From an uncultured Muribaculaceae bacterium (GTDB taxonomy: Bacteria > Bacillota_I > Bacilli_A > RF39 > UBA660): a stretch of DNA of 64,000 nucleotides. The notes below the pieces were generated by a model, which ran no database searches, had not been told where the DNA came from, and worked only from the letters and a program-made list of their open reading frames with translations. The position numbers and the translations under genes are program-made. The first letter of the stretch is position 1; each line of letters opens with the position of its first letter. The stretch spans positions 30,855 through 94,854 of the forward strand of contig CAYRLX010000003.1 in assembly GCA_964425325.1 (NCBI GenBank). The letters run 5' to 3'. Shown here piece by piece: positions 1 through 9,647 of this stretch.

Positions 1-10
1 ATGTAAAAAA

Positions 11-32
11 ACAAGGATAATCCTTGTTTTTT
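11..32. terminator. Hairpin plus T-run, bidirectional-type intrinsic terminator
   Basis: ACAAGGA-TAA-TCCTTGT stem-loop (11-27) flanked by an A-run (5-10) and a T-run (28-32). It lies at the 3' end of minus-strand ORF 31..1056. Confidence 0.5.
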
Positions 33-1056
33 AATCTCTGTGAATGCCATTATATACTTTATTTAGTAATGCAGCTGTTTTAATTAATTTATCTTCTAAT
101 AATTTCATTCTAGAATTTATCTTTTCATTTTCCATATTTAATTTTTTTATTTCAGAATTTAATTTATTATTATCAGATTTTAATTCATTATTTTCTTGTC
201 TATATTCACTTTGTCTTGAATGAAGACTACTATTTTCTTCTGTAATTTTTTCGTTTTCGGCATTTAGTTTTCTTATTTTATCTTCTAGATCTTTAATTTT
301 ATCTTCTTTGTCACTAACTTTGTCTTTTAAGTTATTATAGTCAGTAACGAATCCTGAAATTGCTCGATTGATACTATCAAATGATTCATCTAATATGTTA
401 TCATTTTCAATTTCATTTTGTTCTACTGATTCTTCTACTTCGTCTTCTAGTGATTCGTTTATAAGTGATATTGATTCACTTTTTTGAGCTTTTTCTTTTA
501 TATCATCATTTATAAATGATGGTTTATTATCTTCTTTATCTAAATCTTTTTCTTGATATTCTTTAATTTGTGATAGATCTAAATTTGTCAAAGTATTTGA
601 TAAATTGTCTATCTCATCTAATAAATCTTCGGCTTGTTTTGGAGATATTTTTACCATTTCATCAACAAAATCTGATTCTTCTTCAGTTTCTGTAGATTCT
701 TCTAAATATTTTCCATATATGTTTAATTCTGTTATTTTACTCATTATATCTTCAATATTAACAGAGTATTTTGCCATAAGATTTCTTATATTTTTATTAT
801 TTGAATACGTATCATAAAATTCTTCGTCATCTGGAATCAAGATATTAGCTCTGAAGATTTGTTTTTCTTCTTTTCCTTGCTCTCCACCACTAAATGCATC
901 TGTCATGTTTTCCATTACAGAGTCAATAAATTTATTTTTTTCATCTATAGCCTTTTCAGAAGGCATTTTTTCGATTTTTTTTAAAAGTGTTTTATTTTCA
1001 TTTCTTATATCTTTAGCTAATTTTTTGATAGCTAAAAATCTTTCTTTTTCTAACAT
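31..1056 (-). CDS. Hypothetical acidic coiled-coil protein (341 aa)
   Basis: Long ORF directly downstream of efp on the same strand with an RBS-like GGAGGTGG upstream. The central region is D/E-rich and the C-terminal ~100 aa is heptad-like and K/E/N-rich. I recognise no family. Confidence 0.6.
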   Translation of the reverse strand: MLEKERFLAIKKLAKDIRNENKTLLKKIEKMPSEKAIDEKNKFIDSVMENMTDAFSGGEQGKEEKQIFRANILIPDDEEFYDTYSNNKNIRNLMAKYSVNIEDIMSKITELNIYGKYLEESTETEEESDFVDEMVKISPKQAEDLLDEIDNLSNTLTNLDLSQIKEYQEKDLDKEDNKPSFINDDIKEKAQKSESISLINESLEDEVEESVEQNEIENDNILDESFDSINRAISGFVTDYNNLKDKVSDKEDKIKDLEDKIRKLNAENEKITEENSSLHSRQSEYRQENNELKSDNNKLNSEIKKLNMENEKINSRMKLLEDKLIKTAALLNKVYNGIHRD

Positions 1057-1086
1057 TTTTCCACCTCTTTATTCTTTTATTATTAT

Positions 1087-1644
1087 TTACGCTCTCGAAT
1101 CGTATTTTCCATCTTTAGTGGATACAATTACATGATCATTTTCATTTATGAATAGTGGGACTTTAATAGTTAGTCCATTTTCTAGTGTTGCGTCTTTAGT
1201 GGCATTTGTTGCAGTATTTCCTTTTACTCCAGGTTCTGTATGGGCTATTTCATACTCTATTTTTTCTGGAAGAGTTATTCCTAATACTTCCCCTTTGTAG
1301 AATGTAACATCTAAGTCTAATCCTTCTTTTAAGTATTTTGAATCCTCCCCTAATTGATCTTTTGTTAGGTCAATTTGTTCATATGTTTCCATATTCATGA
1401 AGTTGTATGAATCACCATTTCCATAAAGATATTGCATTGGTTGTTTTTCTACTATTGCTTTTTCAAATTTGATATTTGTATTAAATGTTTTTTCTATTGT
1501 CGATCCAGTACGCAAATTTTTTAATTTTATTCTTACGAAAGCAGGGCCCTTACCAGGTTTTACGTGCATAAATTCTAAAATTAAATATATATTTCCATCT
1601 ATGATGACTGTCATTCCATTTTTTATATCATTAATATTTATCAT
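1087..1644 (-). CDS. efp: Elongation factor P
   Basis: 185 aa. The N-terminus 'NDIKNGMTVIIDGNIYLILEFMHVKPGKGPAFVRIKLKNLRTG' is the canonical EF-P KPGKG loop region. Confidence 0.95.
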   Translation of the reverse strand: MININDIKNGMTVIIDGNIYLILEFMHVKPGKGPAFVRIKLKNLRTGSTIEKTFNTNIKFEKAIVEKQPMQYLYGNGDSYNFMNMETYEQIDLTKDQLGEDSKYLKEGLDLDVTFYKGEVLGITLPEKIEYEIAHTEPGVKGNTATNATKDATLENGLTIKVPLFINENDHVIVSTKDGKYDSRA

Positions 1645-1657
1645 ACTTTACCTCCGA

Positions 1658-1825
1658 TTATTTTTTTTCATTGTGTTCTGTATGTTTCATACATTTTGGA
1701 CAATATTTATTTAATTTTAAACGTTCTGGTGTATTTCTTTTGTTTTTTTCTACTCTATAGTTTTCATTTTTACACACTGAACAAACTAAAGTTATGTTAT
1801 CTCTAACTTCTCCTTTTTTTGCCAT
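1658..1825 (-). CDS. rpmG: 50S ribosomal protein L33 (zinc-ribbon form)
   Basis: 'MAKKGEVRDNITLVCSVCKNENY...KYCPKCMKHTEH' has CxxC...CxxC. GGAGGG RBS upstream of the ATG at 1825. The ORF-track start at 1843 is probably too long. Confidence 0.9.
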   Translation of the reverse strand: MAKKGEVRDNITLVCSVCKNENYRVEKNKRNTPERLKLNKYCPKCMKHTEHNEKK

Positions 1826-1866
1826 AATATCCCTCCTTTTCACATTTCTAGATACATTATATCAAA

Positions 1867-4026
1867 TTATTGATAAAAATCAAAGTATTTTTTAGAAACT
1901 CTATCTGCTATTCTTTTATTAATGTTAGACTGGTATGGTGTTTTTCCATTTCCATGTGATACATCTGGGGAAATAATTGTAAATGTTACTTTAGGATCCT
2001 CATATGGTGCATAGGCGACAAATGTCGTTGAAATAGTTTCTGTATCTACTTTTCCATCGTTGTTTGTATCTACAAAACTTTGACTGGTTCCTGTTTTGCC
2101 AGCTGGTCTATATATTGGATTTATATATCCTACTCCTGTACCGTATGCGGTTACAGCTTTTAATCCTTCTTTTACTCTTTCCATGTATTCTGGTTTTGTA
2201 TCAACTGAGTTTAATTCTTTGATGTTATTTTCTTCTTTTCCATATGGGTGCATATACAGATGCATTCTCATTCTCTTACCACTTGTGGCTAATGTTCCAA
2301 TATACTGTGATAGTTCAATTGGGGTATAGTTATCATACTGTCCTATTGAAAAGTCAAGCAGATGTCCCGGAGCTGTGTTTGTTCCTTTATAGCCTGTGGT
2401 TTCTTTTGGAAGATCTATTTCTGTCTTTACTCCAAGTCCAAACTGAGCAAATGTATCTCTATATATTTTAAAGGCTTCTGGATCTAATGATAGTGGTGCA
2501 TTATATTGATACCTTCCCTTTCCTACTTTTATGGCTGTGTAATACTGATATGTGTTTGATGACTGTGCGATAGCTGTTATATCATTTAAAGTTCCTAATG
2601 GTTTCCAAGAACATTTTTCTGGGGTTGCAGCTATTTTAACGCAAGTATCATATCTTGTCTCTCCTATTTTTAAGGCTCCTGTGTTATAACCTACTATATG
2701 TGAAGCACCTTTTACTACTGATCCCATTACAACTGAAGTTGTTAATATTCCTGGTGTATAGTCATATACTTTTAGGCTTCCATCTTCTTCTTTTAATTGT
2801 TTTCCAGCCATTGCAAGTATTTCTCCTGTTTTAGGATCCGCTATTATTACAAATGATCTATTATAGTACTCTGTATTGGCTTCTAGTTTTGTCGCTAGTA
2901 CTTCTTCTGTAAGTATCTGTTCTATTTCTCTTTGTAGTTCTATATCTATAGATATAGTTATATCTGTTCCTCTTTTTCCTTCTTTGATTAACTTGTATGT
3001 TCCATCATTTAATACTTCGTATTTGTTCTTTTTTCCTTTTAACAGATCTTCATACTGATATTCTAAATAGCTTATTCCTACTCTATCGTCTAGTGAATAT
3101 CCTTTCTTTAAATAATAGTCTTTTAGTTCTAATGGTATTCCACTTTTGCTTGTAGAAACTGTTCCAAGCATGCTTTTGAATGTGCTTTCATATGGATATG
3201 TTCTTTCCCAATCTAATTTTGTATTAATTCCATTTAATTTGTTTATATTTTCTGATACTAATGCATATTCTTCATCTGTTACGTTTTCATTTTTTATAAT
3301 TTTTTCAGCGTATGAATAACCAGAATTCATAAGGGTGTATATGTATGCTGCTTTTTTATCGTGTTCATCATATATATTTAAATCTTCCTCTGTGATTCTT
3401 TCTAGTTCTAATTTGTTAATATCTTGGTTACTTAGTTTTCTTTCTTGATATTTTTTCCATTCTTTTTTTGTTATTTTTTCTTTTGCTTTTTCTCTATTGT
3501 TATTTATCCAAAATGTTTTTAATTCTTTATCTGTAATTTTGTTTTCAAGTTCTATCATATCTGCTAATTTATATGCTATTTCTATTTCGTCTTTAGTTTT
3601 CACTTTATTTGATTTTTTATAATAGATTACTTTAGATGGCTTATTATCTACTATTAATTTTCCGTTTCTATCATATATTCTTCCTCTTGGGGCTGATGGT
3701 CCATATACTATTTTTTTTGTTAATTTTTTTAGGCTTTTTTCATATTTTTCATGGTTAACTACTTGAACAAAAAATAAGCCTATTACAAGAACTAATAAAA
3801 GTATTATTACTAAAACTGTTAGTATATTGTATCTTTTTTCTATTTCTAATTTAATGTCTTTATTTTCTTTGTAACTATTTAAGTTATATCTAGGCGTACT
3901 TGGTTTTCTTTTTATTTTTCTTTTTTTCTGATGTTTCGTCTTATAACTTAATTTTGCTTTTTTATTTTTTACTTTATAGTTAAGCTTATTTTTCTTCCTA
4001 GATATTTTCTTTAAGATATTTTTCAT
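1867..4026 (-). CDS. Class B penicillin-binding protein (PBP2/SpoVD/FtsI-type transpeptidase)
   Basis: Basic N-terminus, one TM, PBP dimerisation region and a transpeptidase domain ('GSVVKG', 'KTGT' motifs). GAGGTG RBS before the ATG at 4026. Confidence 0.85.
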   Translation of the reverse strand: MKNILKKISRKKNKLNYKVKNKKAKLSYKTKHQKKRKIKRKPSTPRYNLNSYKENKDIKLEIEKRYNILTVLVIILLLVLVIGLFFVQVVNHEKYEKSLKKLTKKIVYGPSAPRGRIYDRNGKLIVDNKPSKVIYYKKSNKVKTKDEIEIAYKLADMIELENKITDKELKTFWINNNREKAKEKITKKEWKKYQERKLSNQDINKLELERITEEDLNIYDEHDKKAAYIYTLMNSGYSYAEKIIKNENVTDEEYALVSENINKLNGINTKLDWERTYPYESTFKSMLGTVSTSKSGIPLELKDYYLKKGYSLDDRVGISYLEYQYEDLLKGKKNKYEVLNDGTYKLIKEGKRGTDITISIDIELQREIEQILTEEVLATKLEANTEYYNRSFVIIADPKTGEILAMAGKQLKEEDGSLKVYDYTPGILTTSVVMGSVVKGASHIVGYNTGALKIGETRYDTCVKIAATPEKCSWKPLGTLNDITAIAQSSNTYQYYTAIKVGKGRYQYNAPLSLDPEAFKIYRDTFAQFGLGVKTEIDLPKETTGYKGTNTAPGHLLDFSIGQYDNYTPIELSQYIGTLATSGKRMRMHLYMHPYGKEENNIKELNSVDTKPEYMERVKEGLKAVTAYGTGVGYINPIYRPAGKTGTSQSFVDTNNDGKVDTETISTTFVAYAPYEDPKVTFTIISPDVSHGNGKTPYQSNINKRIADRVSKKYFDFYQ

Positions 4027-4078
4027 ACTTTTATCACCTCTCAAGTCTATTTATCATATAATTTTTTAAGGAGGAATT

Positions 4079-4339
4079 ATGCGTTTAATAATTAGTGATT
4101 ATATTCAAAAAATTAGTTTAAATGATGTTATTAAGTTTGGAAATAAAAATGGAGTCGTTTTATCCAATGAGGAAGCTAAGATTTTATTTTTTTATTTAAA
4201 AAATAATTGGGAGGATCTTTTATATGGTGATCCGACGCCAATTATCAATGAAATAAAAAGCGAACTTGATATTAATAAATTGGATAAAATAGTTGAATTA
4301 TTTTATTTTTACAGGAATAAATATGGTTGTTATTTATAA
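4079..4339 (+). CDS. DUF2624 (YqfT-like) small protein
   Basis: 86 aa with an AGGAGG RBS. The pattern 'ISLNDVIKFGNKNGVVLSNEEAKILFFYLKNNW' resembles B. subtilis YqfT. As in B. subtilis (yqfS/yqfT), it is convergent with nfo. Confidence 0.55.
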   Translation: MRLIISDYIQKISLNDVIKFGNKNGVVLSNEEAKILFFYLKNNWEDLLYGDPTPIINEIKSELDINKLDKIVELFYFYRNKYGCYL

Positions 4340-5241
4340 TAGGCTCTTATTTCTTCTAATAGGTTTGGATTATATTTATTATTTTTAATCATTTCTATTT
4401 CAAATTTATATGGTGGATAAGTTCTGTCTTTTCCACCATCTTTACTAATGTATGGTGTTTCTAATATTTTAGGAATATTTTTTAATTTTTTATGGTGGAT
4501 TATTGAATTTAAATTTTCGAATCCAATTGTTCCTAAACCGATATTTTCATGACGGTCTTTTTGAGCGCCTTTTTGATTTTTACTATCATTTATATGAATG
4601 CACCCTATTTTATCTTCTCCTATTATTTGATCAAATGTTTTTAACATTTCATCGAATTTATTCATGTCATATCCTGCATCATTTAAATGACATGTATCTA
4701 AACATACCATAAGTCTTTTATTATTTTCTACTTTATCGATTATTGTTTTTATTTCCTCAAATGTTTTACCTAGTTCAGTTCCTTTTCCAGCCATTGTCTC
4801 TAAGCAAATAATAGGTCCATCTTTTTCATTTAATACAATATCTAATCCTTTTGAAATATTATCTAGTCCTTTTTCTATCCCAAGCCCAACATGACTTCCA
4901 GGGTGAAGTACTATCTTTTCTATTCCTAGTATTTTAGCTCTTTCTAATTCTTGTTTTAAAAAATTAACAGCAAAATTCCATTTTTGTTCATCTTTATCAT
5001 TGGCAAGATTAATTATATATGGAGCATGTATTATCACATTTTTTATGTCTATATTGTTATTTTTCATTAAGTTTTGTGCTTCTATGGTTTGTTTTTCATC
5101 TATCATGGATCTCATTGTATTTTGAGGAGCTCCAGTATAAAACATAAATGCATTTTCGCCATAGGAAATTGCTTCTTTTACACTTCCGATAAGTCCTTCT
5201 TCTTTCGTATATGAAACGTGACTTCCTATTATTAAATTCAT
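4330..5241 (-). CDS. nfo: Endonuclease IV (deoxyribonuclease IV)
   Basis: 303 aa TIM-barrel AP endonuclease with 'IGSHVS...', 'HAPYIINLA', 'VLHPGSH', 'CLDTCH' and 'HINDSK' metal-ligand motifs. Confidence 0.92.
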   Translation of the reverse strand: MNLIIGSHVSYTKEEGLIGSVKEAISYGENAFMFYTGAPQNTMRSMIDEKQTIEAQNLMKNNNIDIKNVIIHAPYIINLANDKDEQKWNFAVNFLKQELERAKILGIEKIVLHPGSHVGLGIEKGLDNISKGLDIVLNEKDGPIICLETMAGKGTELGKTFEEIKTIIDKVENNKRLMVCLDTCHLNDAGYDMNKFDEMLKTFDQIIGEDKIGCIHINDSKNQKGAQKDRHENIGLGTIGFENLNSIIHHKKLKNIPKILETPYISKDGGKDRTYPPYKFEIEMIKNNKYNPNLLEEIRAYYK

Positions 5242-5276
5242 AAAATCACCAATTTATATCTTATCATATTTTTCTA

Positions 5277-5609
5277 TTATTCACCTACTAATTTTGACAA
5301 AAATTTAAAACTTTTATCAATTACTATTTGAACTACTTTCTGAGTATTTTTTGAAATTGACAAGCCTGCACTTGATATTTTATTACCATATTTTTTATTA
5401 TTTGCTTCAATGTATTTTTTTACATCTATGTTTTTTCCTTCACTTATATCTTTTTCAAATTCTTTTATCTGGGCGTTTGTAAGTGAAACTTTTTTATTAT
5501 TTTTATATTCAAAGTAACCTGCTGACACTGATAGATATAGTGCGAAAAATGTTATAAAACTAGTAAAAAGTATATATTTAAAAAATTTTTTTATCTTATT
5601 CTTATCCAT
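5277..5609 (-). CDS. YqxA-like (DUF3679) small membrane protein
   Basis: 110 aa with an N-terminal TM. It lies immediately downstream of, and overlapping, spoIIP, as yqxA does in B. subtilis. Sequence similarity is weak, so the call is partly positional. Confidence 0.45.
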   Translation of the reverse strand: MDKNKIKKFFKYILFTSFITFFALYLSVSAGYFEYKNNKKVSLTNAQIKEFEKDISEGKNIDVKKYIEANNKKYGNKISSAGLSISKNTQKVVQIVIDKSFKFLSKLVGE

Positions 5610-6549
5610 TTATATATTCTCCTATAATCGGACCTATAAGATTTATAGTATTATTTACTTCTTCTATAGTATTTTTATCTGCGCCTAATTCCATAAGTGT
5701 TATTTTATCATTTAGGTCTTGATTGTAAACTCCGTTATTTCCAGCTCCACCTTTTGTGATTATTCCTCTCGTAAGTTCTGGATATTTTTCTTTTATTTTT
5801 TCATTTATTATGTTTGTCATATTTAAATTATTTTTATATGTATCATATTCTTCACCTATTACAAATAATACTTTCGCACATGGCTTATTATTTATAATTA
5901 CTGTTGACTTTTCTTTTGGAAGTGAGTCTCTATGTATGTCTATTATTAATTTTAATTCTTTATTATTGTTTATAGCTTCTTCAAGAAACTTTCTACTTGC
6001 TAAATAGCTTTTTGCGTGATTCATATTATTAATATTCATGTAGTCTGTTAAGTTTTCTTCCATTACAAGTGATTTTACATTGCTTTCGAGTAATTTTTTT
6101 TGCAGTAAGTATGATGCCATCATTACTCCTGGCATTATATTATATTCTTCTAAACCTTTTCCTTCATATGTTTCTCCTTGATGTGTATTATAAATAAACA
6201 CTTCAGGTTTTTTTTCTACTTTTGATGTGTCTATATTTGGGTTTTCTACGTATGCGACTATTTTTGCTTCTTCTTTATTTTGTTTTAAATGAAATATATT
6301 ATCTAATATAGTAACTGGTTTATTTACATTTATAATTTTAGATAATCCTTTTGTAAACAAGTTATTTGCTTTTTTTTCATAAAGCATGTGATAGTTTGAA
6401 TCTATGAGGAGTGTTTTTATAAACGATTCATTGTTATCAACTAGTTTGTAATGCATTATTAAATTGAATGAAACTTGATAGCCCAAAAACATAACAAATG
6501 CATATCCTATTAACCTAAATTTAAATCTTCTTTTTTTTATTTTTTTCAT
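5602..6549 (-). CDS. spoIIP: Stage II sporulation protein P
   Basis: N-terminal TM plus a SpoIIP amidase-like domain ('IYNTHQGETY', 'IIDIHRDS', 'VLFVIGEE', 'GVYNQDL'). GGTGAT RBS before the ATG at 6549. It sits in the gpr/rpsT neighbourhood. Confidence 0.85.
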   Translation of the reverse strand: MKKIKKRRFKFRLIGYAFVMFLGYQVSFNLIMHYKLVDNNESFIKTLLIDSNYHMLYEKKANNLFTKGLSKIINVNKPVTILDNIFHLKQNKEEAKIVAYVENPNIDTSKVEKKPEVFIYNTHQGETYEGKGLEEYNIMPGVMMASYLLQKKLLESNVKSLVMEENLTDYMNINNMNHAKSYLASRKFLEEAINNNKELKLIIDIHRDSLPKEKSTVIINNKPCAKVLFVIGEEYDTYKNNLNMTNIINEKIKEKYPELTRGIITKGGAGNNGVYNQDLNDKITLMELGADKNTIEEVNNTINLIGPIIGEYING

Positions 6550-6657
6550 ATTTATCACCATTTTTATTTTAGTTTTTTTTATTTGAATAAAATGGCGAAA
6601 AAAATATTGATTTATCATTTTATTTATTTTATAATTGTTTCAAGGTGGGATGGTCAA

Positions 6658-7314
6658 ATGGATTTATATTTAATTAGACATGGTGAGTCTACTCAAAACG
6701 CTAGAGAAAGTTTTAATGATAAAATTCCAGATCATTTAATTGGCTTAACTGATAATGGTGTTAAGCAGTGTGATGATGTTGGAATTTTTTTGAAAGAATA
6801 TTTAGAAAAAAATAATATTGATATTCAAAATGCGGTTATGTGGATTAGTCCTTTTTTAAGAACTAGGCAATCTGCTAATATTATAAATAGTCATTTGAAT
6901 ATAGATGACGTTAGAGAGGATTATAGTCTTATTGAACAAAGATATGGCCTATTTGGTGACAGGTCTTTAGCTCGAAATAGAATGATCTTTCAGCATGAAT
7001 TTGAATTTTATGATAAGTATTATCAGAATAATGGAAGATTTTATGCGAAGTTTCCTCAGGGGGAGGCTCCTATGGATGTAGCTCTTAGAACTAGAATGTT
7101 TTTAAATATGGTTAATTTAGAAGAAAAAGGGCCTTTATTTGTTATTTCTCATGGAACTACTATAAGAACAATTGTGATGAATACTTTTAATTATTCACCG
7201 GAATGGTTTAATATGGAAGCTCCTATGGAAAACTGTTCGGTACGTTTAATTAATAAAGACGATAAAATTGATGAATATATTTATGGTGGAAAAATAAAAA
7301 GACTTCGAAGATAA
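6658..7314 (+). CDS. Histidine phosphatase (phosphoglycerate mutase) family protein
   Basis: 'LYLIRHGESTQN' RHG catalytic motif, with 'SHGTTIR' later in the sequence. AAGGTGGGA RBS before the ATG at 6658; the longer ORF start at 6583 is unlikely. Confidence 0.8.
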   Translation: MDLYLIRHGESTQNARESFNDKIPDHLIGLTDNGVKQCDDVGIFLKEYLEKNNIDIQNAVMWISPFLRTRQSANIINSHLNIDDVREDYSLIEQRYGLFGDRSLARNRMIFQHEFEFYDKYYQNNGRFYAKFPQGEAPMDVALRTRMFLNMVNLEEKGPLFVISHGTTIRTIVMNTFNYSPEWFNMEAPMENCSVRLINKDDKIDEYIYGGKIKRLRR

Positions 7315-7326
7315 ATTCGAGGTCTT

Positions 7327-8325
7327 TTATATATTTTGGTGTAGTGCATTATTAAGTCCTTCACTAATTAATTCTGATAGTTTTTCTATAATAAAGTCTT
7401 CTTCTTTTGGGGTTACCATCATATTATATCCTATTGGGTTTAAGATTTCATTTATTAATTTTTTTGTTTCATATTGGTTTAATGATCCAATAATTCCAAG
7501 TAGTTTTTTTCTATCTTCTATTTTTATAGTTTTACTTCCATACTTCAAATAATTCACGTTATATGTTAGTTTGTTTTTTGGCTTATTATAATTTTCTTTT
7601 TGATATGCAAAGTGAGAATACATGTAGTTTATAGTGTCATTTACTATTGATGCAGCATCTACTACTGTTGGTACTCCTATGGCTATTACTGGGATATTTA
7701 GAATATCTTTACTTATTTCTTTTCTTTTGTTTCCTACGCCACTTCCTGGGTTTATTCCACTATCTGATATTTGAATAGTTTTATTTACTCTTTCTACTGA
7801 AGATGCAGCTAGCGCATCTATAACTATGATAAAATTTGGTTTTACTGTTTCTGTAATTTGTTTTATTAAATCGCTTGTCTCTATCCCTGTTTCTCCCATA
7901 ACTCCCGGAGATAAGGCGCATACTCTTCTAAATCCTTCTTGTAAATCTCCATATAAATACAGGTGATTGGTTACTAATGTTTTTTCTATGGTTAATGATC
8001 CTAGGGAGTCTGGGGTTGATTTTTCATTACCAAGGCCTATAATTAAACAAAGATCATCTTTTTTTATTTTTGATTTTTTTAATATTTTTTTTAATTCTTC
8101 TATGAAAATGGTTTTAATTTTTTCTTTATTTTCATAATCTGTAATATCATCAAATTCAATTGTAATATAGTTACCTTTTTTCTTACCTATTTTTTTTGCT
8201 TCTTCTTCTTTTAATTTTATTTCGGTAATCTTTATTCCATCTTTTTCTTTTGGTTTTTTATTTATTAGTTCTACTGCAAGGTCTGTTCTAATGCCTGCAC
8301 TTTTTAAATCTACTTCATGACTCAT
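7327..8325 (-). CDS. gpr: GPR spore germination endopeptidase
   Basis: 332 aa. 'IRTDLAVE', 'LGNEKSTPDSLG', 'VIDALAASS' and 'ISDSGINPGSGVGNKR' are characteristic of GPR. It is divergent from rpsT as in Bacillus. Confidence 0.92.
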   Translation of the reverse strand: MSHEVDLKSAGIRTDLAVELINKKPKEKDGIKITEIKLKEEEAKKIGKKKGNYITIEFDDITDYENKEKIKTIFIEELKKILKKSKIKKDDLCLIIGLGNEKSTPDSLGSLTIEKTLVTNHLYLYGDLQEGFRRVCALSPGVMGETGIETSDLIKQITETVKPNFIIVIDALAASSVERVNKTIQISDSGINPGSGVGNKRKEISKDILNIPVIAIGVPTVVDAASIVNDTINYMYSHFAYQKENYNKPKNKLTYNVNYLKYGSKTIKIEDRKKLLGIIGSLNQYETKKLINEILNPIGYNMMVTPKEEDFIIEKLSELISEGLNNALHQNI

Positions 8326-8368
8326 TTTATCACCCTATTTTTATTTTTAACAAAAAATAAAGTTTTTA

Positions 8369-8397
8369 TTGATTTTTTAAGGAAAATTTGCTAAAAT
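8369..8397 (+). promoter_or_regulatory. Sigma-A-type promoter for rpsT
   Basis: TTGATT, 17 nt spacer, then TGcTAAAAT (extended -10), about 30 nt upstream of the rpsT start. Confidence 0.5.
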
Positions 8398-8426
8398 GTA
8401 TTTACGAATGGCTTGGAGGTGAAATT

Positions 8427-8690
8427 ATGGCCAATTTAAAGAATGCAAAAAAAAGAATTTTAGTTAATGAAAAAAAACATGAACGTAATAATGAATATTT
8501 AGCTAGTACTAAAACAGCTATTAAAAATACTTTAAGATCTGTTGCTAAAAAAGATAAAAATGAAGCTGAAGCTAATTTAAAAACTGCCATTAAAAGAATC
8601 GATAAGGCTGCTGGCGCTAATGTATTAAGTAAAAATACAGCTGGAAGAAAAAAATCAAGATTAACTAAGAAAGTAAATGCCATGGAGTAA
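8427..8690 (+). CDS. rpsT: 30S ribosomal protein S20
   Basis: 'MANLKNAKKRILVNEKKHERN...' is a typical S20 N-terminus, with a GGAGGTG RBS. Confidence 0.93.
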   Translation: MANLKNAKKRILVNEKKHERNNEYLASTKTAIKNTLRSVAKKDKNEAEANLKTAIKRIDKAAGANVLSKNTAGRKKSRLTKKVNAME

Positions 8691-8720
8691 TTTGCTTTTT
8701 TTATTTAGAGAGGAGCTTTT

Positions 8721-9647
8721 ATGAAGAGAAACTATCTTGGAACTTTTATTATTTTTATTATTTTCTTAGTTTGTTATACTTATAGAGATAATATTTACTT
8801 TTTTATCATGCAAAAAATGGATGATTATAAAAATGTTTCTTTACCTTCGGCTAATTCTTTTTACAGTAATACTGACTTTGAATTTGTCAAAAGGACTGAT
8901 GACTTTCATTTAAAAAATTATCAAAATATTTTGGATGTAATATATACTGTTTTAGACAATGGTACTGATGAATTTTCATTTTATTGTGATGATTCTTATA
9001 AAGAGTGCATGGATGATTTTAATAAGGTTTCTAAAGATCAGGTTCTTTTATCTACAATAAATAATATGGTTTCTCCTTATAACAGTTATCAAAGAATATA
9101 TTTTAGAGTTAGTTCTTATGGAAAAATTACAATGAAAACTGATAAGCTTTACTCTAGTGATGAAATAGATATAGCAAATAAAAAAATCGATGAATTTATT
9201 CTTAATAATATTAATAATGAAATGAATATAGTGGATAAAATTAAGTCTTTTCACGATTATCTAATTAATAATAGTGTTTATGATAAGGAAAGTGCGGATA
9301 TTATCGAAAATGGTGGTGATACTTCATTTACTAATTCTCATAAAGCTACAGGTCCACTTATTTATGGTAAATCATTATGTAGTGGATATAGTGATGCGAT
9401 GAAATTATATCTTGATAAACTCGGGGTTACTAATTATAAAATATCTAATTCGCGTCATATTTGGAATTTAGTATATGTCAATGACTCATGGTATCATTTG
9501 GATTTAACTTGGGATGATCCTATTACTACAACTGGTGAGAATGTATTACTACATAAGTTTTTCTTAATCGATACTGATACTTTATTAAAATTAGATTCGA
9601 CTGAGCATAATTTCAATCCAGATTATTATCCAGAAATAAGCCACTAG
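8721..9647 (+). CDS. Membrane-anchored transglutaminase-like (Cys-His-Asp) domain protein
   Basis: N-terminal TM. The C-terminal 'CSGYSDAMKLYLDKLGV...HIWNLVYVNDSWYHLDLTWDD' matches the transglutaminase-core C...H...D arrangement. Confidence 0.7.
   Translation: MKRNYLGTFIIFIIFLVCYTYRDNIYFFIMQKMDDYKNVSLPSANSFYSNTDFEFVKRTDDFHLKNYQNILDVIYTVLDNGTDEFSFYCDDSYKECMDDFNKVSKDQVLLSTINNMVSPYNSYQRIYFRVSSYGKITMKTDKLYSSDEIDIANKKIDEFILNNINNEMNIVDKIKSFHDYLINNSVYDKESADIIENGGDTSFTNSHKATGPLIYGKSLCSGYSDAMKLYLDKLGVTNYKISNSRHIWNLVYVNDSWYHLDLTWDDPITTTGENVLLHKFFLIDTDTLLKLDSTEHNFNPDYYPEISH

Noticed and set aside
6583-6657. Hydrophobic N-terminal extension of the histidine phosphatase ORF, suggesting a membrane anchor
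   Set aside because: It overlaps the spoIIP 5' end and promoter region on the other strand. A strong RBS (AAGGTGGGA) precedes the ATG at 6658, which directly yields the canonical 'LYLIRHGES' start.
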